Assembly: GCA_963806225.1 (NCBI GenBank)
Contig: CAWDXG010000001.1
Coordinates: forward strand, 768,001 to 832,000
Length of the DNA stretch: 64,000 bases
Direction: 5' to 3'
DNA from: an uncultured delta proteobacterium
GTDB lineage: Bacteria > Myxococcota_A > Polyangia > Polyangiales > Polyangiaceae
The notes under the pieces were generated by a model that saw only the letters and a list, made by a program, of their open reading frames with translations, was not told the DNA's origin and did not search any database. Both the position numbers and the translations under genes were made by a program. Of the stretch, positions 43,789 through 54,735 are shown piece by piece. Each line of letters opens with the position of its first letter. Positions within the stretch are counted from its first letter, which is position 1.

Positions 43789-45783
43789 ATGTTCCTCGTC
43801 AAAGTCGCCGCTGCCGCGCTGAACCAGACACCGCTGGACTGGGAGCGGAACAAGCGGAACATCCTGTCCGCTCTCACCGAGGCGCGCGCCGAGGGCGTGA
43901 GCGTGCTGTGCCTGCCGGAGCTCTGCGTCACGGGCTACGGCTGCGAAGATGCGTTCCTTTCGCCCGGCGTGCACGGCATGGCGCTGGAGGTGCTGGGCGA
44001 GATCCTGCCGGCGACCGAGGGCATGCTCGTGAGCCTGGGGCTGCCGCTGATGCACGACAGCGCCGTATACAATACGTGCTGTCTGGTCGCGGATCGGCAG
44101 ATCCTGGGTTTCGTCGCCAAGCATGCCCTGGCGGGCGACGGCATCCACTACGAGCCTCGCTGGTTCAAACCGTGGCCGCGTGGGCAGCGCTCCAGCATCA
44201 AGGCGGGCGGAAGGTCGTATCCGATCGGGGACCTGTACTTCGACTGCGGGGGCGTGAAGATCGGCTTCGAGATCTGCGAGGATGCGTGGATCGCGCAGCG
44301 GCCCGGAGCGGAGCTGTCGCTCGACGCCGTCGACCTCATTCTCAACCCGAGCGCGAGCCACTTCGCGTTCGGCAAGCACAAGATCCGCAGGAGGCTCGTG
44401 CTGGAGGGTTCCCGCGCCTTCGGCGTGAGCTATGTGTACGCGAACCTGCTCGGCAACGAGGCGGGCCGGGCGGTGTACGACGGCGACACGCTGATCGCGA
44501 GCGGCGGCAACGTTGTGGCCGAGGGGCGGCGCTTCTCGTTCGCCGGCCACCAGCTGATCACGGCAGTCGTGGACGTGGATCTGATGCGTACACGGCGCGC
44601 GTCGCTGTCGAGCTTCCACCCGCACGTCTCGCCGGAGCCGGGCGAATGCGTGGGCGCGGACTTCGCGTTCCCCGCCGTCTCGCCCGAGCCGCAGAAGGTG
44701 GAGCGCGAGCCCTGGGAGCACTCGCAACACAAGAAGGAAGAGGAGTTCATGCGCGCCATCGCGCTCGGTCTCTTCGACTACATGCAGAAGACCCGCTCGC
44801 GCGGCTTCGTCGTGAGCATGAGCGGCGGCGCGGATTCGAGCGCCGTGGCGTGCCTGGTTGGCCTGATGGCGAAGCTCGCCGTGGCGGAGCTGGGGCTGGA
44901 TGGCGTGGCGGAAAAGCTCGACTACCTGCCGGAGCTCACGAGCGTGAAGAGCGAACGCGAGCTCTGCGAGCGGCTCCTGACCACGGCGTACCAGGCGACG
45001 GAGCACAGCTCGGGGACGACGCGCAGCGCTGCGCGCTCGATCGCCGGGACCGTGGGCGCGCGCCACCACGAGCTGGATGTGCAGCCGCTGGTCGAGAGCT
45101 ACGTGAAGATGATCGAGCAGGCAATCGGGCGCGAGCTCGACTGGGAGCACGACGACATCGCGCTGCAGAACATCCAGGCGCGGGTGCGCGCGCCCGGCGT
45201 CTGGATGCTGGCGAATCTGGAACGGAAGCTGCTGCTCGCGACCAGCAACCGCTCCGAAGCGGCCGTCGGCTACGCGACGATGGACGGCGACACGGCGGGC
45301 GGGGTCAGCCCCATCGCCGGCATCGACAAGGCATTCCTGCGTCGCTGGCTCTTGTGGCTCGAGAAGCACGGGCCCACGGGCGGCCAGCCGATGCCCGAGC
45401 TCTCGGCGGTGACGGCGCAGGCGCCCACGGCCGAGCTCCGCCCGAGCGCGGCCAAGCAGACCGACGAGGACGATCTGATGCCCTACGTGCTGCTCGACGC
45501 CATCGAACGCGCAGCCATCCGCGACAAGCGCACGCCGCTCGAGGTCTACCGTGTCATGCGCGGGGACTTCCCCGACTACACGCCCGAACAGCTCGTGGCG
45601 TGGGTCGAGCGCTTTTTCCGCCTCTGGAGCCGGAACCAGTGGAAGCGCGAGCGCTACGCGCCGAGCTTCCACGTCGACGACGAGAACCTCGATCCAAAGA
45701 CGTGGTGCCGCTTCCCGATCCTCAGCGGCGGCTTCGAGCGGGAGCTCGCGGCGCTTCGGGCGGCGGTGGCGCGCAAGCCGTAG
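43789..45783 (+). CDS. nadE: Glutamine-dependent NAD+ synthetase
   Basis: Nitrilase domain LPEL.VTGYGCED and EICEDAW; SGGADS; QNIQAR; TSNRSE; PTAELRP. Confidence 0.95.
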   Translation: MFLVKVAAAALNQTPLDWERNKRNILSALTEARAEGVSVLCLPELCVTGYGCEDAFLSPGVHGMALEVLGEILPATEGMLVSLGLPLMHDSAVYNTCCLVADRQILGFVAKHALAGDGIHYEPRWFKPWPRGQRSSIKAGGRSYPIGDLYFDCGGVKIGFEICEDAWIAQRPGAELSLDAVDLILNPSASHFAFGKHKIRRRLVLEGSRAFGVSYVYANLLGNEAGRAVYDGDTLIASGGNVVAEGRRFSFAGHQLITAVVDVDLMRTRRASLSSFHPHVSPEPGECVGADFAFPAVSPEPQKVEREPWEHSQHKKEEEFMRAIALGLFDYMQKTRSRGFVVSMSGGADSSAVACLVGLMAKLAVAELGLDGVAEKLDYLPELTSVKSERELCERLLTTAYQATEHSSGTTRSAARSIAGTVGARHHELDVQPLVESYVKMIEQAIGRELDWEHDDIALQNIQARVRAPGVWMLANLERKLLLATSNRSEAAVGYATMDGDTAGGVSPIAGIDKAFLRRWLLWLEKHGPTGGQPMPELSAVTAQAPTAELRPSAAKQTDEDDLMPYVLLDAIERAAIRDKRTPLEVYRVMRGDFPDYTPEQLVAWVERFFRLWSRNQWKRERYAPSFHVDDENLDPKTWCRFPILSGGFERELAALRAAVARKP

Positions 45784-45849
45784 CGCTGGACGCGCCTGGC
45801 ACAGAGTCCTTTGCCGGCGCGGCGAACGGAGTAGAGTCCCGAACCCGAG

Positions 45850-46470
45850 ATGCGAGAAGCGGCTTTCTACCAGGACGAAGCGAAGCAGAGGACGGCAGGC
45901 GCCGTGAAGGCCGTCGAGGCGCAAACGTCCGCCGAGGTCGTCGTGGCCGTGCGCCGTCGCTCGGGCGACTATCGCATCGCGGCCTACTACTTCGGCTTCG
46001 GCGCGGTGGCCGTCGTCACGCTGTACATGCTGGTTTCGCCGCAGCTGTTCAGCATCGGGGCGATGGCGCTCGACGCGGTCGTCGCGTTCGTGCTCGGCGC
46101 GTTTCTGTGTCGCAATGTCGAGACGCTGTCCCGCGCGCTGACGCCTGCGTCCAGGCTGCGAAGCAACGTGGAAACGGCCGCGCGCGCAGCGTTCTTCGAT
46201 CTGGGGATCTCGCGGACCAGCGGCAGGAACGGAATCCTGGTGTTCGTCTCCACATTTGAACGCACCTGCGCCGTGCTGACGGACATCGGTATCGATGTCG
46301 CCGCGCTGGGTCCCGGCTACGAGACGGCGCGCGACGCGATGCAGGGTGCCGTCAGGCAGCGGGACTTCGACGCGTTCATCCGTGCGCTCGAGAGCCTCGG
46401 CCCGGTGCTGGGTGCCGCGATGCCGCACGCGGACGACGACGTGAACGAGCTCCCCGACGAGGTGCAGTGA
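45850..46470 (+). CDS. TPM-domain-like membrane protein
   Basis: VEAQTSAEVVV, two transmembrane helices, T..RNGILVFVS.FER, NELPDEV. Confidence 0.75.
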   Translation: MREAAFYQDEAKQRTAGAVKAVEAQTSAEVVVAVRRRSGDYRIAAYYFGFGAVAVVTLYMLVSPQLFSIGAMALDAVVAFVLGAFLCRNVETLSRALTPASRLRSNVETAARAAFFDLGISRTSGRNGILVFVSTFERTCAVLTDIGIDVAALGPGYETARDAMQGAVRQRDFDAFIRALESLGPVLGAAMPHADDDVNELPDEVQ

Positions 46471-47964
46471 TGGCCCGCCCCGCACGCATCTCCCGTCGCG
46501 TTGCGGCCGCGATCGGCATCGCATTGCTGCTGGTCGCCGCCGTCGCGTTGGCGCGCCCCGGTGGCGGTCACTCGTTCTCCGGCGGCTTCCACGGCGGCGG
46601 CGGAAGCAGCGGCGGCGGCGGCGTTGGCGCGCTGGTCGAGATCCTGATCTGGCTGGTGCTCACGCACCCGAGGATCGGCATTCCCGTCGTGCTCGTGGTG
46701 GTCACGGTGGCGCTGGTCCGGAAGGTCGGGAAGTCCGCACTGAAGGGCTGGTCCACCACCACGCCGGCCCAGGTGGCCCAGGTCCAGCAGGTCCAGCAGG
46801 CCGCGGCCGTGCCGCGCTCGCGCCTCGACCAGATCCGCAGCGTCGACCCCGGGTTCTCCGTCGTCCTGTTCGAGGATTTCGCCTACCTGCTCTACGCCAC
46901 GGTGCTGCGGTCGCGGGCGACGGGCACGGCGGCGATTGCCGCCTACCTCGCTCCCGACGTGGCCCAGATGCTGCCCGATCAGTCGCTCGGCGACGTGCGC
47001 GGCATCGTCATCGGGGCGATCAAGATTGTCGGCTTCTCGGGGGTCGGCGGCGCGACGGTCGACGTCGAGCTGGAGATCGAAGCCAACTACGTGGAGGCGC
47101 TGCGCGCGGGAGGCGAGCGCCGCTACTACGTGGTGGACCGCATGCTGCTGCAGCGCGCGAGCAGCGCAAAATCGCGGCCGTTCGCCCGCGCGCGCACCCT
47201 GGATTGCCCGAACTGCGGTGCGGCGCTCGAGGCCGTGCGTGGCACGCAGTGCAGCTACTGTGGACAGAACGTCGGCTACGGGCGCTTCGACTGGATGGTC
47301 GCGCGCTTCGGAAACATGACGCGCGAGCCGCGTGGTCCGCTCTTGACCTCGAACGTGCCCGAACAGGGCACGGAGCTGCCGACCCTCGCCGACCCCGGCG
47401 CCGGAGTAGCGCTTTTCACAGATCCAGCAGCGCGATCCCTCGCTGACGTGGGACGTGCTCCAGGCGCGCATCGCCTACGTCTTCAACCAGCTCCAGGCGG
47501 CGTGGTCGGGACGCGATAGCGCGCGCATCCGCCCGTTCGTCTCGGACAACCTGTTCCAGTCGATGGTCTACTGGATCGATCTGTACGTGCAGCAGCGCTG
47601 CCGCAACGTGACGGAGAACGCGCGGATCCTGCGCATCGATCTGGCGAACGTTCTGAGCGACGCACACTACGACGCCGTCACCGTGCGCGTGTTCGCGACC
47701 GGTCTCGACTACACCATCTCCGACGATGGCAAGGTGCTGAGCGGCAGCCGCTCGCGGCCGCGCACCTATTCGGAATACTGGACCCTGATCCGGGGAAGTT
47801 CGAAAAAGGGCCCGTCACGTGGCGATGCGAACTGCCCGAACTGCGGCGCGCCGCTCAAGATCGGCATGGCCGGCACCTGCGAGTACTGCCAGGTGAAGGT
47901 GACCAGCGGCGAGTTCGACTGGGTGCTGTCGCGGATCGAGCAGGACGAGGCGTATACGGGGTGA
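46467..47964 (+). CDS. Tim44-like domain protein with two zinc ribbons, frameshift near 47410
   Basis: ARPGGGHSF.GG N-terminus; DPGFS...F; CPNCGA..CSYCG and CPNCGAP..CEYC; YSEYWTL.R; DWVLSRIEQDE. Confidence 0.75.
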
Positions 47965-48040
47965 GTGCAGCAAGCTCCGGTCGAGCAGAGCGCTGGTCCG
48001 GTTTGCGACCGTCGGTCGAGATTCCGGCGGACGGGGCTGA

Positions 48041-49939
48041 CTAGTTGATCTGCAGATTCGGAGACGCCGTACCCGTCACGCCAGCGCCGCCCTGGCCGCC
48101 CGCGGGATTGGTGCCGCCCTTGCCGCCGTAGCCGGCGACACCTGTCGTGCAGCTGTTGGTGTTGTAGACGAATGTGACGCTCGACGCGCGCGCCAGGCAT
48201 GCGCTGGGTCCGCCGCCGCCGCCGCCGCCCGGCCCGCCCGCGCCTCCGTCGCCACCAACTCGCCCGATAGCCCCGCTTCCGCTGTCGTCCGCGCCCGAAC
48301 CGGCGGGCCCACCCTGGCCGCCGGTCTGGCCGTCGGCTCCGTCGCCGCCGTCGCCGCCGTTGCCGCCCTTGGCGGTCGTGATCTCGTCGTCGGTTACGAC
48401 GATGTTGCCACCCGCTGCGAAGATGCCGAAGCTGCCGCCGCCGCCCATGCCGGCCGTGCCCGGATTGCCGCCGAGGCCACCGCAACCGCCGCTGCCTCCG
48501 CCGCCGCCCATGTCGGAGTTGCAGTGGCAACCGGTGTTGAAGCCGCTGACGTAGAGGTCGCACGAGCCGCCACCGCCACCGCCACCGCCGCCGCCACCCT
48601 TGCCGTTGATGCCGGGCTTGCCGTCGGTGCCGGCTGCAGGGACGTAGACGCCCGATGCGACCGAGCCCAACGCTGCGCCGCCCGTGCCGTTGGGGCCCTG
48701 CACGCCGTTTGCTCCCGGGGTGCCGAGATTGCCGTCGCCACTCTTGCTGTAGCAGGCCTGGGTGGCGGTGCCTTCCGTGCCGCCCAGGGCGCCGCCGCTA
48801 CCCGGAGCGCCGGCTTGCCCGCTGCTGTTGTTGTAGCCTCCGTCGCCGCCCTTGCCGCCGTACTCGGTGCAGCTTGGCTGCGGGCCGCCCGCGCCGCCGC
48901 TGTTGCTGCCGCTGGCGCCGATCGTGCCGGGTTTCCCGTCCGGCGCCTGCGGGTTGCTCTGCGCGGCACCGCTCGTGCCGTTGGCGCCGTCCGCGCCCGC
49001 CGCCGTGTTGATCTTGTCGTAGCGCACGTACAGCTTGCCGTTGCCGGCGCCCAGCCGCACGCCATAGGTGCTCTGGCCCGGATTCGAGCCGGTCGTCGCC
49101 TGGATGGTGATGCCCTCGATGTGCGTGTCCTGGTCGATCTGCGGCGCGTTGAACACGGTGCCCGGCGCGGTCACGACGGTCGTCACGGTGGCCGAGCGCC
49201 GGAATTTGAAGTCCGCGTTGTTCTGGTCGAACCCGCCGTAGATGCTGATGCCGGACTCGACGGTCACCGCTTCGTTGTAGGTCTCGCCGGAAAGGCACAC
49301 CGCCGGCACGCTGTGCGACTTGGCGTACTGGATGGCGTAGCCGATGGTCTGCACCGGGTTCTGCCGCGTGCCGTCGCCGTTTGTGTCGCTGCCCTGGGAT
49401 TTCGACACGTACACGCACTGCTCGACGAGTCCGTCACCGCCGTCGCAGTTGTCGTCGGTGAAGTTCGCGATCGATGGGATCGGTGCTCGACGTCTTGGTG
49501 CACTGGTACTCACAGCCGCAGGTGCCGGTGAGCGGGTTGTTGTCGATGTCGTAGTAGCCGGCTGGGCACGTGGCGCAGTTGCCGCCGTCGCCGGCCGTGC
49601 CGCCTGTGCCGGCGGCGCCGCCCGTGCCGCCTGTGCCGGTACTGCCGCCACTGCCCCCGGTGCCGCTGCCTCCGCTGCCCGCGCTGCCTCCGCTGCCCGC
49701 GCTGCCACCCGAACCAGCACCGCCATCGACCCCGGCACTACCGCCGCTGCCGGCGGTGCCTGCGCCGCCGCCGCCCGCGCCGCCGCTCGCGCCGCCGCCG
49801 TCGGTGCCCCCGTCGTAGCCGGCGCTGCCGCCGCTGCTGGAGCTCGTGCCGCTGATCGACCCGCCCGAAGCGCAGCCCGCCGCCAGCACAACCCCGCCGA
49901 AACTCCAAGCGCCAACCCCGCAAGCACCCGCAGTCTCAT
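48041..49939 (-). CDS. Gly-rich PGRS-like lipoprotein with DUF1565-like domain, frameshifts near 49890 and 49470
   Basis: Lipobox LAAGC in a shifted frame; GCEYQC, DDNCDG.DG, G.D..GDGT..NPVQTI..AI; long Gly-rich tract. Confidence 0.75.
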   Translation of the reverse strand: MRLRVLAGLALGVSAGLCWRRAALRAGRSAARAPAAAAAPATTGAPTAAARAAARAAAAQAPPAAAVVPGSMAVLVRVAARAAEAARAAEAAAPGAVAAVPAQAARAAPPAQAARPATAATAPRAQPATTTSTTTRSPAPAAVSTSAPRRRAPIPSIANFTDDNCDGGDGLVEQCVYVSKSQGSDTNGDGTRQNPVQTIGYAIQYAKSHSVPAVCLSGETYNEAVTVESGISIYGGFDQNNADFKFRRSATVTTVVTAPGTVFNAPQIDQDTHIEGITIQATTGSNPGQSTYGVRLGAGNGKLYVRYDKINTAAGADGANGTSGAAQSNPQAPDGKPGTIGASGSNSGGAGGPQPSCTEYGGKGGDGGYNNSSGQAGAPGSGGALGGTEGTATQACYSKSGDGNLGTPGANGVQGPNGTGGAALGSVASGVYVPAAGTDGKPGINGKGGGGGGGGGGGSCDLYVSGFNTGCHCNSDMGGGGGSGGCGGLGGNPGTAGMGGGGSFGIFAAGGNIVVTDDEITTAKGGNGGDGGDGADGQTGGQGGPAGSGADDSGSGAIGRVGGDGGAGGPGGGGGGGPSACLARASSVTFVYNTNSCTTGVAGYGGKGGTNPAGGQGGAGVTGTASPNLQIN

Positions 49940-50032
49940 GCGGCATATCTTGCCCCCGGTCCGGGCGTTTGGCCAGGGCCAGTCCGCGCGGCTTGCGTTG
50001 CGCTCCTGGTCGGGGGTACGCTTGATGTTGCG

Positions 50033-51171
50033 ATGCGCGGCTCGACAGCTCTGGTGTGGTCGGTGGTGGCCGCGACGGCGGCGGGTGCGTTGGGTGCCTG
50101 CGGGGCGGCCGCGGACGCGCCGCCGTCGCAGACAATCCCTTCGGCGGTGGGAGCTCCGCTACGGGCGGATCCGGCGGCGACGCCTCGATCAGTGTGGGCG
50201 GAATCGGCGGTCTCGACGGGGGCAGCGATGTGATCGCCCCCGACGCGGCCTGTGCTGGGTTCGTGCAGAGCGCGACCAATACACCGCTCGACCTGTACAT
50301 CATGCTCGACAAATCGTCGTCGATGGGCGGCAGCACGCCCGGCGACAAGTGGAACAGCTCCGTGGCCGGCCTGACCGCGTTCGTCAACGACAAGGCGTCC
50401 GACGGCATCCGCGTCGCGCTCAAGTTCTTCCCGCGCGACCCCGACAGCGTCGAGGCGTGCAGCCAGCAGGCCTACGCCACGCCGGACGTGTCGTATGACG
50501 TGCTGCCGAAGAACGCCCAGCCGATCATCAGCGCGATCAACGGGACGACGGCCAACGGCCTGAACACGCCGACCTATCCCGCGCTGGGCGGCGCCATCCT
50601 CGCCTCCATCGCGGAAAAGCAGAACCGCCCTGGCGACTCGACCGCGGTGCTGCTGGTCACCGACGGGGCGCCGCAGGGTCCCGCTGCGACCTGCGCCGGC
50701 GTCAACCCCGAGGACACGACCGAAATCGCCAAGCTCGCGGCGAACGGACTTTCGTACGGGGTCTTGACGTTCGTCATCGCCTTGCCCGGCGTGCCGGCGG
50801 GCTTCGCCGACACCGTGGCGAAGGCCGGCGGCGGCAAGGCCATCGCCATCGGCACCACCAACGTGCAGCAGCAGTTCGAGGACGCGCTGGCCAAGATCCG
50901 CGGCCAGGCGCTGCCCTGCACGTTCGAGCTACCGCCGCAGGTCCCCAATCAATACGCCACCGACAAGGTGAACGTGATCCTGACCTCCGGCGGCAAGGAC
51001 ACGGTCATCCTGCAGAACCCCAAGTGCGCGAATGGCACCGGCTGGCACTACGACGACCCCAACAACCCGAAGCATATCGTCCTGTGTGCGTCGGAGTGCG
51101 ACGGCCTGAAGAAGGACTACAAGGCGAGCATCGACATCCGGCTTGGCTGTCCGACACAGAAAATCTACTGA
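50033..51171 (+). CDS. vWA domain lipoprotein, frameshift near 50110
   Basis: Signal peptide ..LGAC; MIDAS motif LDKSSSM, TPT, VTDG; myxobacterial-type C-terminus GWHYDD....IVLC...C. Confidence 0.8.
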
Positions 51172-51210
51172 ACGCGCTGCGCCGTGGCAGACTCTGCCGT
51201 GGAGGTCACG

Positions 51211-51714
51211 GTGCGCATTCTTCTTCTGGGTCTTGGATTCCTGGTCGCTGCTGGTTGCGGCGGGTCATCGACGTCCGGCGGCTCGGGCGGCTCGGGCGGC
51301 TCGAGTGGCTCGAGTGGCAGTGGCGGCGCCGCGGGAAGCGGCGGATCAGGCGCGACGGGAGGCAGCGCCGGCGACGCCTCCACCGACGGCGGTTTCTCGA
51401 AGTGCTTCGACGCCCAGGGGAATTTCGCGGCGTACGACCTGAAGACCTGCGGTGGCGCTGGCGAGTGCAGCATGATCGTCCACCAGACCGACTGCTGCGG
51501 CAACACGTTGCTGCTCGGCGTCGCGTCGAACCATCTGAAGGAGCTCCAGGCCTGCGAGCAGGCGTGGCGCGCGACGCTCGGGGCGTGCGGCTGTCCGGCG
51601 GGGCCGCCCAGCATCGAGAAGCCGAACACGACCGTCGCGGACCCGTCGGCGGCCGCGCCACAGTGCGACAACTTCACGCAGACTTCCGGGATCTGTCTCA
51701 GCGAACCGAAATAG
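51211..51714 (+). CDS. Cys-rich hypothetical lipoprotein
   Basis: GGAGG SD, lipobox AAGC, Gly/Ser linker, DCCG motif. Confidence 0.7.
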   Translation: MRILLLGLGFLVAAGCGGSSTSGGSGGSGGSSGSSGSGGAAGSGGSGATGGSAGDASTDGGFSKCFDAQGNFAAYDLKTCGGAGECSMIVHQTDCCGNTLLLGVASNHLKELQACEQAWRATLGACGCPAGPPSIEKPNTTVADPSAAAPQCDNFTQTSGICLSEPK

Positions 51715-51745
51715 AAGGACGCACCCGGCGCCGCGCGCCTTCGTC

Positions 51746-53341
51746 CTAGCGGTGCACCACGAACGTCGTCGCGGGTCCGAGCTTCGGCTCCCAGCGCACG
51801 CCGTGCCAGCCGTCGGGCAGCTCCGGCTCGGTGAAGTAGAACAGCCATTTCCCGTCGATGGGCGAGACGTTCACGCAACCGCCGCTCATGCGCTGGCCCC
51901 AGTTGTTGTGCCAGTAGGCGCCGTGCAGCGCGTGCGGGCCGTGGAAGTTCTGGGTCCAGGGCACGTCCGAGTGGATGTACTCGTGCGGCGCGACCATGGC
52001 CGCCGTGATGAACTTGCCGGTGATCTTGAAATTGCCGGTGGGCGTCGACGCGGTCTCGAGCGCCGTCTTGCCGGGCACCGGCGTGCCGCCGCGGCCGGGC
52101 GAGATCATCGTCACGAACACCGGCTCGGTATCCACATAGGCGATCAGCCAGCCGCCCCACACGCTCGCCTCGATCCAGGTGCGGCGGCCCTTCGGCGCGT
52201 TCGGGCTCTTGTCCGGCTCGCCCAGCTTGGCGCCCCAGGGCGTGGTCGCCTGCGGCGTGGGCACCACCGCCTCGTTCTTCTTCACCCACAGACCGTGATC
52301 GCGCGTCTCCAGGTACTCCGTGCCGTCCTTCTTCTCCGACTTTCCCGTCAGCTCCACCCACGAGAGCCGCTTCCACTTGTCGCCGGTGTCCGTGAACGCG
52401 CCGTCCCCGTCCTTCTTGTACTTCGGCCGGTCCTTGCCGCGGAAGAACGCCAGCGGCAGCTTGGCGCCCTGGCCCAGGTGTACGCCGTGGAACGTCACCT
52501 TCGGGTACGGCACCACGCGATCCTTGGGCACCCACATGTAGTCCGCGCTGAGCAGCCAGGTGCGTCCGTTCTTCTGCACCTCGCCCTGCCACGCCACGGT
52601 CGACTGGTTCCGCAAGCGATTGCGCACCTCGTACACGGTGTGGGGCAGCGCCGGCAGCGCGATGTGGGCGTCGACCGGGGCCGGCGTCAGATCCACGCCT
52701 TCTAGCATCCCCTTCGCCGTCCCGCCGTCGAGGATCGCGCGGACCTGTTTCATGTGGGCTTCGAAATCCCACTCGCGCGCGCGCTCCTGCTTCTCGTCGG
52801 GGATCGTCTTGTAGCGCTGCAGATCGCGCGATTCGCCGTAGTGGCTCGGCCAGGGGGAGCTCATGTCCGGCCCGTAGCGCTTCTCGGCCTGGTACACCGG
52901 GTCGTTCTTGTCGAGCGTGGCGCGCTCGCCGTCCACGCACACGTAGCCGCGCGGCTCGATCGCGTACCACCCCGGGCAGCCCGGCCCCTGCACGGGCTTG
53001 GCCTTCTTCAGCTTCACCGAGCCGCCGCTCCACAGATAGCCGATCCACTGATGGCCGAATTCCGGAACCGGCATCACCCAGATGAAGCGCGACTTGGCGT
53101 ACGCGCGCGGCGCGTCGTCCACTGGCTTCGGCTTCGCGGGCGCGGCGCTGGCGGGCGGCTTTGCGGCTGCACTCGTGGCGGGCTTGGCGCGGGGAGCCCC
53201 ACTGGCCGGTGGCACCACCGCCGCGGCCGACGGCGGATCCTTGTGCTCGCTACCCGCGCAGCCCAGAGCGAGCAGCGCGAGCCCCCACGCGGGGCACGAG
53301 CGGAAGTGGAGCCGGCCAAGCACGGCCCGACCGTACCGCAC
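51746..53341 (-). CDS. L,D-transpeptidase (YkuD) lipoprotein
   Basis: TPTG.F.I, ALHGAYWH..WG..MSGGCVN catalytic motif, lipobox ALGC. Confidence 0.88.
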   Translation of the reverse strand: MRYGRAVLGRLHFRSCPAWGLALLALGCAGSEHKDPPSAAAVVPPASGAPRAKPATSAAAKPPASAAPAKPKPVDDAPRAYAKSRFIWVMPVPEFGHQWIGYLWSGGSVKLKKAKPVQGPGCPGWYAIEPRGYVCVDGERATLDKNDPVYQAEKRYGPDMSSPWPSHYGESRDLQRYKTIPDEKQERAREWDFEAHMKQVRAILDGGTAKGMLEGVDLTPAPVDAHIALPALPHTVYEVRNRLRNQSTVAWQGEVQKNGRTWLLSADYMWVPKDRVVPYPKVTFHGVHLGQGAKLPLAFFRGKDRPKYKKDGDGAFTDTGDKWKRLSWVELTGKSEKKDGTEYLETRDHGLWVKKNEAVVPTPQATTPWGAKLGEPDKSPNAPKGRRTWIEASVWGGWLIAYVDTEPVFVTMISPGRGGTPVPGKTALETASTPTGNFKITGKFITAAMVAPHEYIHSDVPWTQNFHGPHALHGAYWHNNWGQRMSGGCVNVSPIDGKWLFYFTEPELPDGWHGVRWEPKLGPATTFVVHR

Positions 53342-53436
53342 GCCTGGACGCCGGACAAAGTCAGGCGCAGTGCGGCCTGCCGGGCGAGCGTAACGTCGCG
53401 GATTGGTTGCGCTCCGCTCGTGCTAGGCCAGAGCGC

Positions 53437-54111
53437 GTGGACGGGCCGCCGACAACGGAATCCGAGCTGCTGGAACGCGCGCGGCGTCTCGCCGGCCTCG
53501 CGCTCGGCGAGCTGGCCGCGCGCCACGGGCTCGAGGCGCCGCCCGACCTGCGCCGCGCCAAGGGCTTCACTGGCCAGCTTGTCGAACGCGCCCTCGGCGC
53601 CACGGCCGCGTCTCGCGCAGAGCCCGACTTCGAAGCGCTCGGCATCGAGCTGAAGACGCTGCCCGTCGATTCGCGTGGGCGGCCCTGCGAGTCGACCTTC
53701 GTCACCACCATCCCGCTCACCGAGATCGGCGACGTCGAGTGGGAGCACTCGCGTGTGCGCCGCAAGCTCGCGCGGGTCTTGTGGATGCCGGTCGAGGGTG
53801 AGCGCCAGATCCCCGTGCCACGCCGCCGACTCGGAGAGCCGCTCCTCTGGAGCCCCGACGCCGAGGACGAGGCCGCGCTGCGCTTCGACTGGGAAGAGCT
53901 GGCCGGCATCATCGGCCTCGGCGACGTTGAGCGCGTGACCGGTCACCTCGGCCGCTACCTGCAGATCCGCCCCAAGGCCGCCAACTCGCGTGCCCGCCGC
54001 CGCGGCACCGACGAGGACGGCGCTCCCTTCGCGACGATGCCGAAAGGCTTCTACCTGCGCGCCGCGTTCACCGCGCGCATCCTCGAGAAACACTACGTGT
54101 TGCCTCGCTGA
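53437..54111 (+). CDS. mutH: MutH/Sau3AI-family endonuclease (MutH-like)
   Basis: KG..GQLVE..LGA.A.S...PDF..LGIELKTLPVD..G.P.ESTFV, LQIRPKAANS, P.GFYLR..FT. Confidence 0.82.
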   Translation: MDGPPTTESELLERARRLAGLALGELAARHGLEAPPDLRRAKGFTGQLVERALGATAASRAEPDFEALGIELKTLPVDSRGRPCESTFVTTIPLTEIGDVEWEHSRVRRKLARVLWMPVEGERQIPVPRRRLGEPLLWSPDAEDEAALRFDWEELAGIIGLGDVERVTGHLGRYLQIRPKAANSRARRRGTDEDGAPFATMPKGFYLRAAFTARILEKHYVLPR

Positions 54112-54216
54112 GGGGGCTCGAAGAGCTCGCCGTGTTCGACCCGCGGCCGCCTGGCAGGCAGCATGGACGCTCCGACCAGATCCCGTGCACGAGGAGAAGC
54201 GTGCGCCGGAGCATCC

Positions 54217-54699
54217 ATGTCGATTGGATTGCGCATTCCTTTGGCGCACACTGGCCGCGTGAACGAAGGCGAATCGCGGCGCTTCAAGACCGGCTACCGG
54301 CTGGCCCAACTCGGCGCGCTGCTGCACATCCTGGGCGGCCTCGGCGACCAGAGCATCCGCGCGCTGCTGCCCGCGCACATCGCCATCGTCGGCGCGAACG
54401 CCGCCGCCGAGCCCGGTGTCGGCCGGCTTGTGCTCGCACTGCTGCACGTGCTCGGCTCGTCGCTCGCCGCAGCCGGCCTCGCGCTCTTGATATTGCTTCA
54501 CTTCTGGCGCCGCGAGCGCTCGCCCCGGCTCGCGCTCGGCATCGTCGCCGTCGCCCTCCTCGCCGAAGGCGTCAACGGAGCCGGCCTGCTTTCGCTCGGC
54601 GAATGGATCGGGCTCGTGCCGCTGTCGTTCGCGGTGATGGTCGTCGTGGGGGTGGTCGTGGCGGGAGCGGCGCGGCGCGGGGGCGCAGGGGACGAGTAG
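54217..54699 (+). CDS. Hypothetical membrane protein (start uncertain)
   Basis: About four hydrophobic segments. Confidence 0.5.
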   Translation: MSIGLRIPLAHTGRVNEGESRRFKTGYRLAQLGALLHILGGLGDQSIRALLPAHIAIVGANAAAEPGVGRLVLALLHVLGSSLAAAGLALLILLHFWRRERSPRLALGIVAVALLAEGVNGAGLLSLGEWIGLVPLSFAVMVVVGVVVAGAARRGGAGDE

Positions 54700-54735
54700 C
54701 AGAGCCGCCCCGCAGGGCCAGGAAATCCAGCCCGG

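Noticed and set aside
41218..46524. 1768-aa minus-strand ORF as one giant protein
   Set aside because: Its upper half is the antisense shadow of nadE and the TPM gene. The GH31 starts at 43749 with a signal peptide.
48041..49860. Dense GCC/GGC repeats as a CRISPR or tandem DNA repeat array
   Set aside because: They encode Gly-rich linkers, with no fixed repeat and unique spacer structure.
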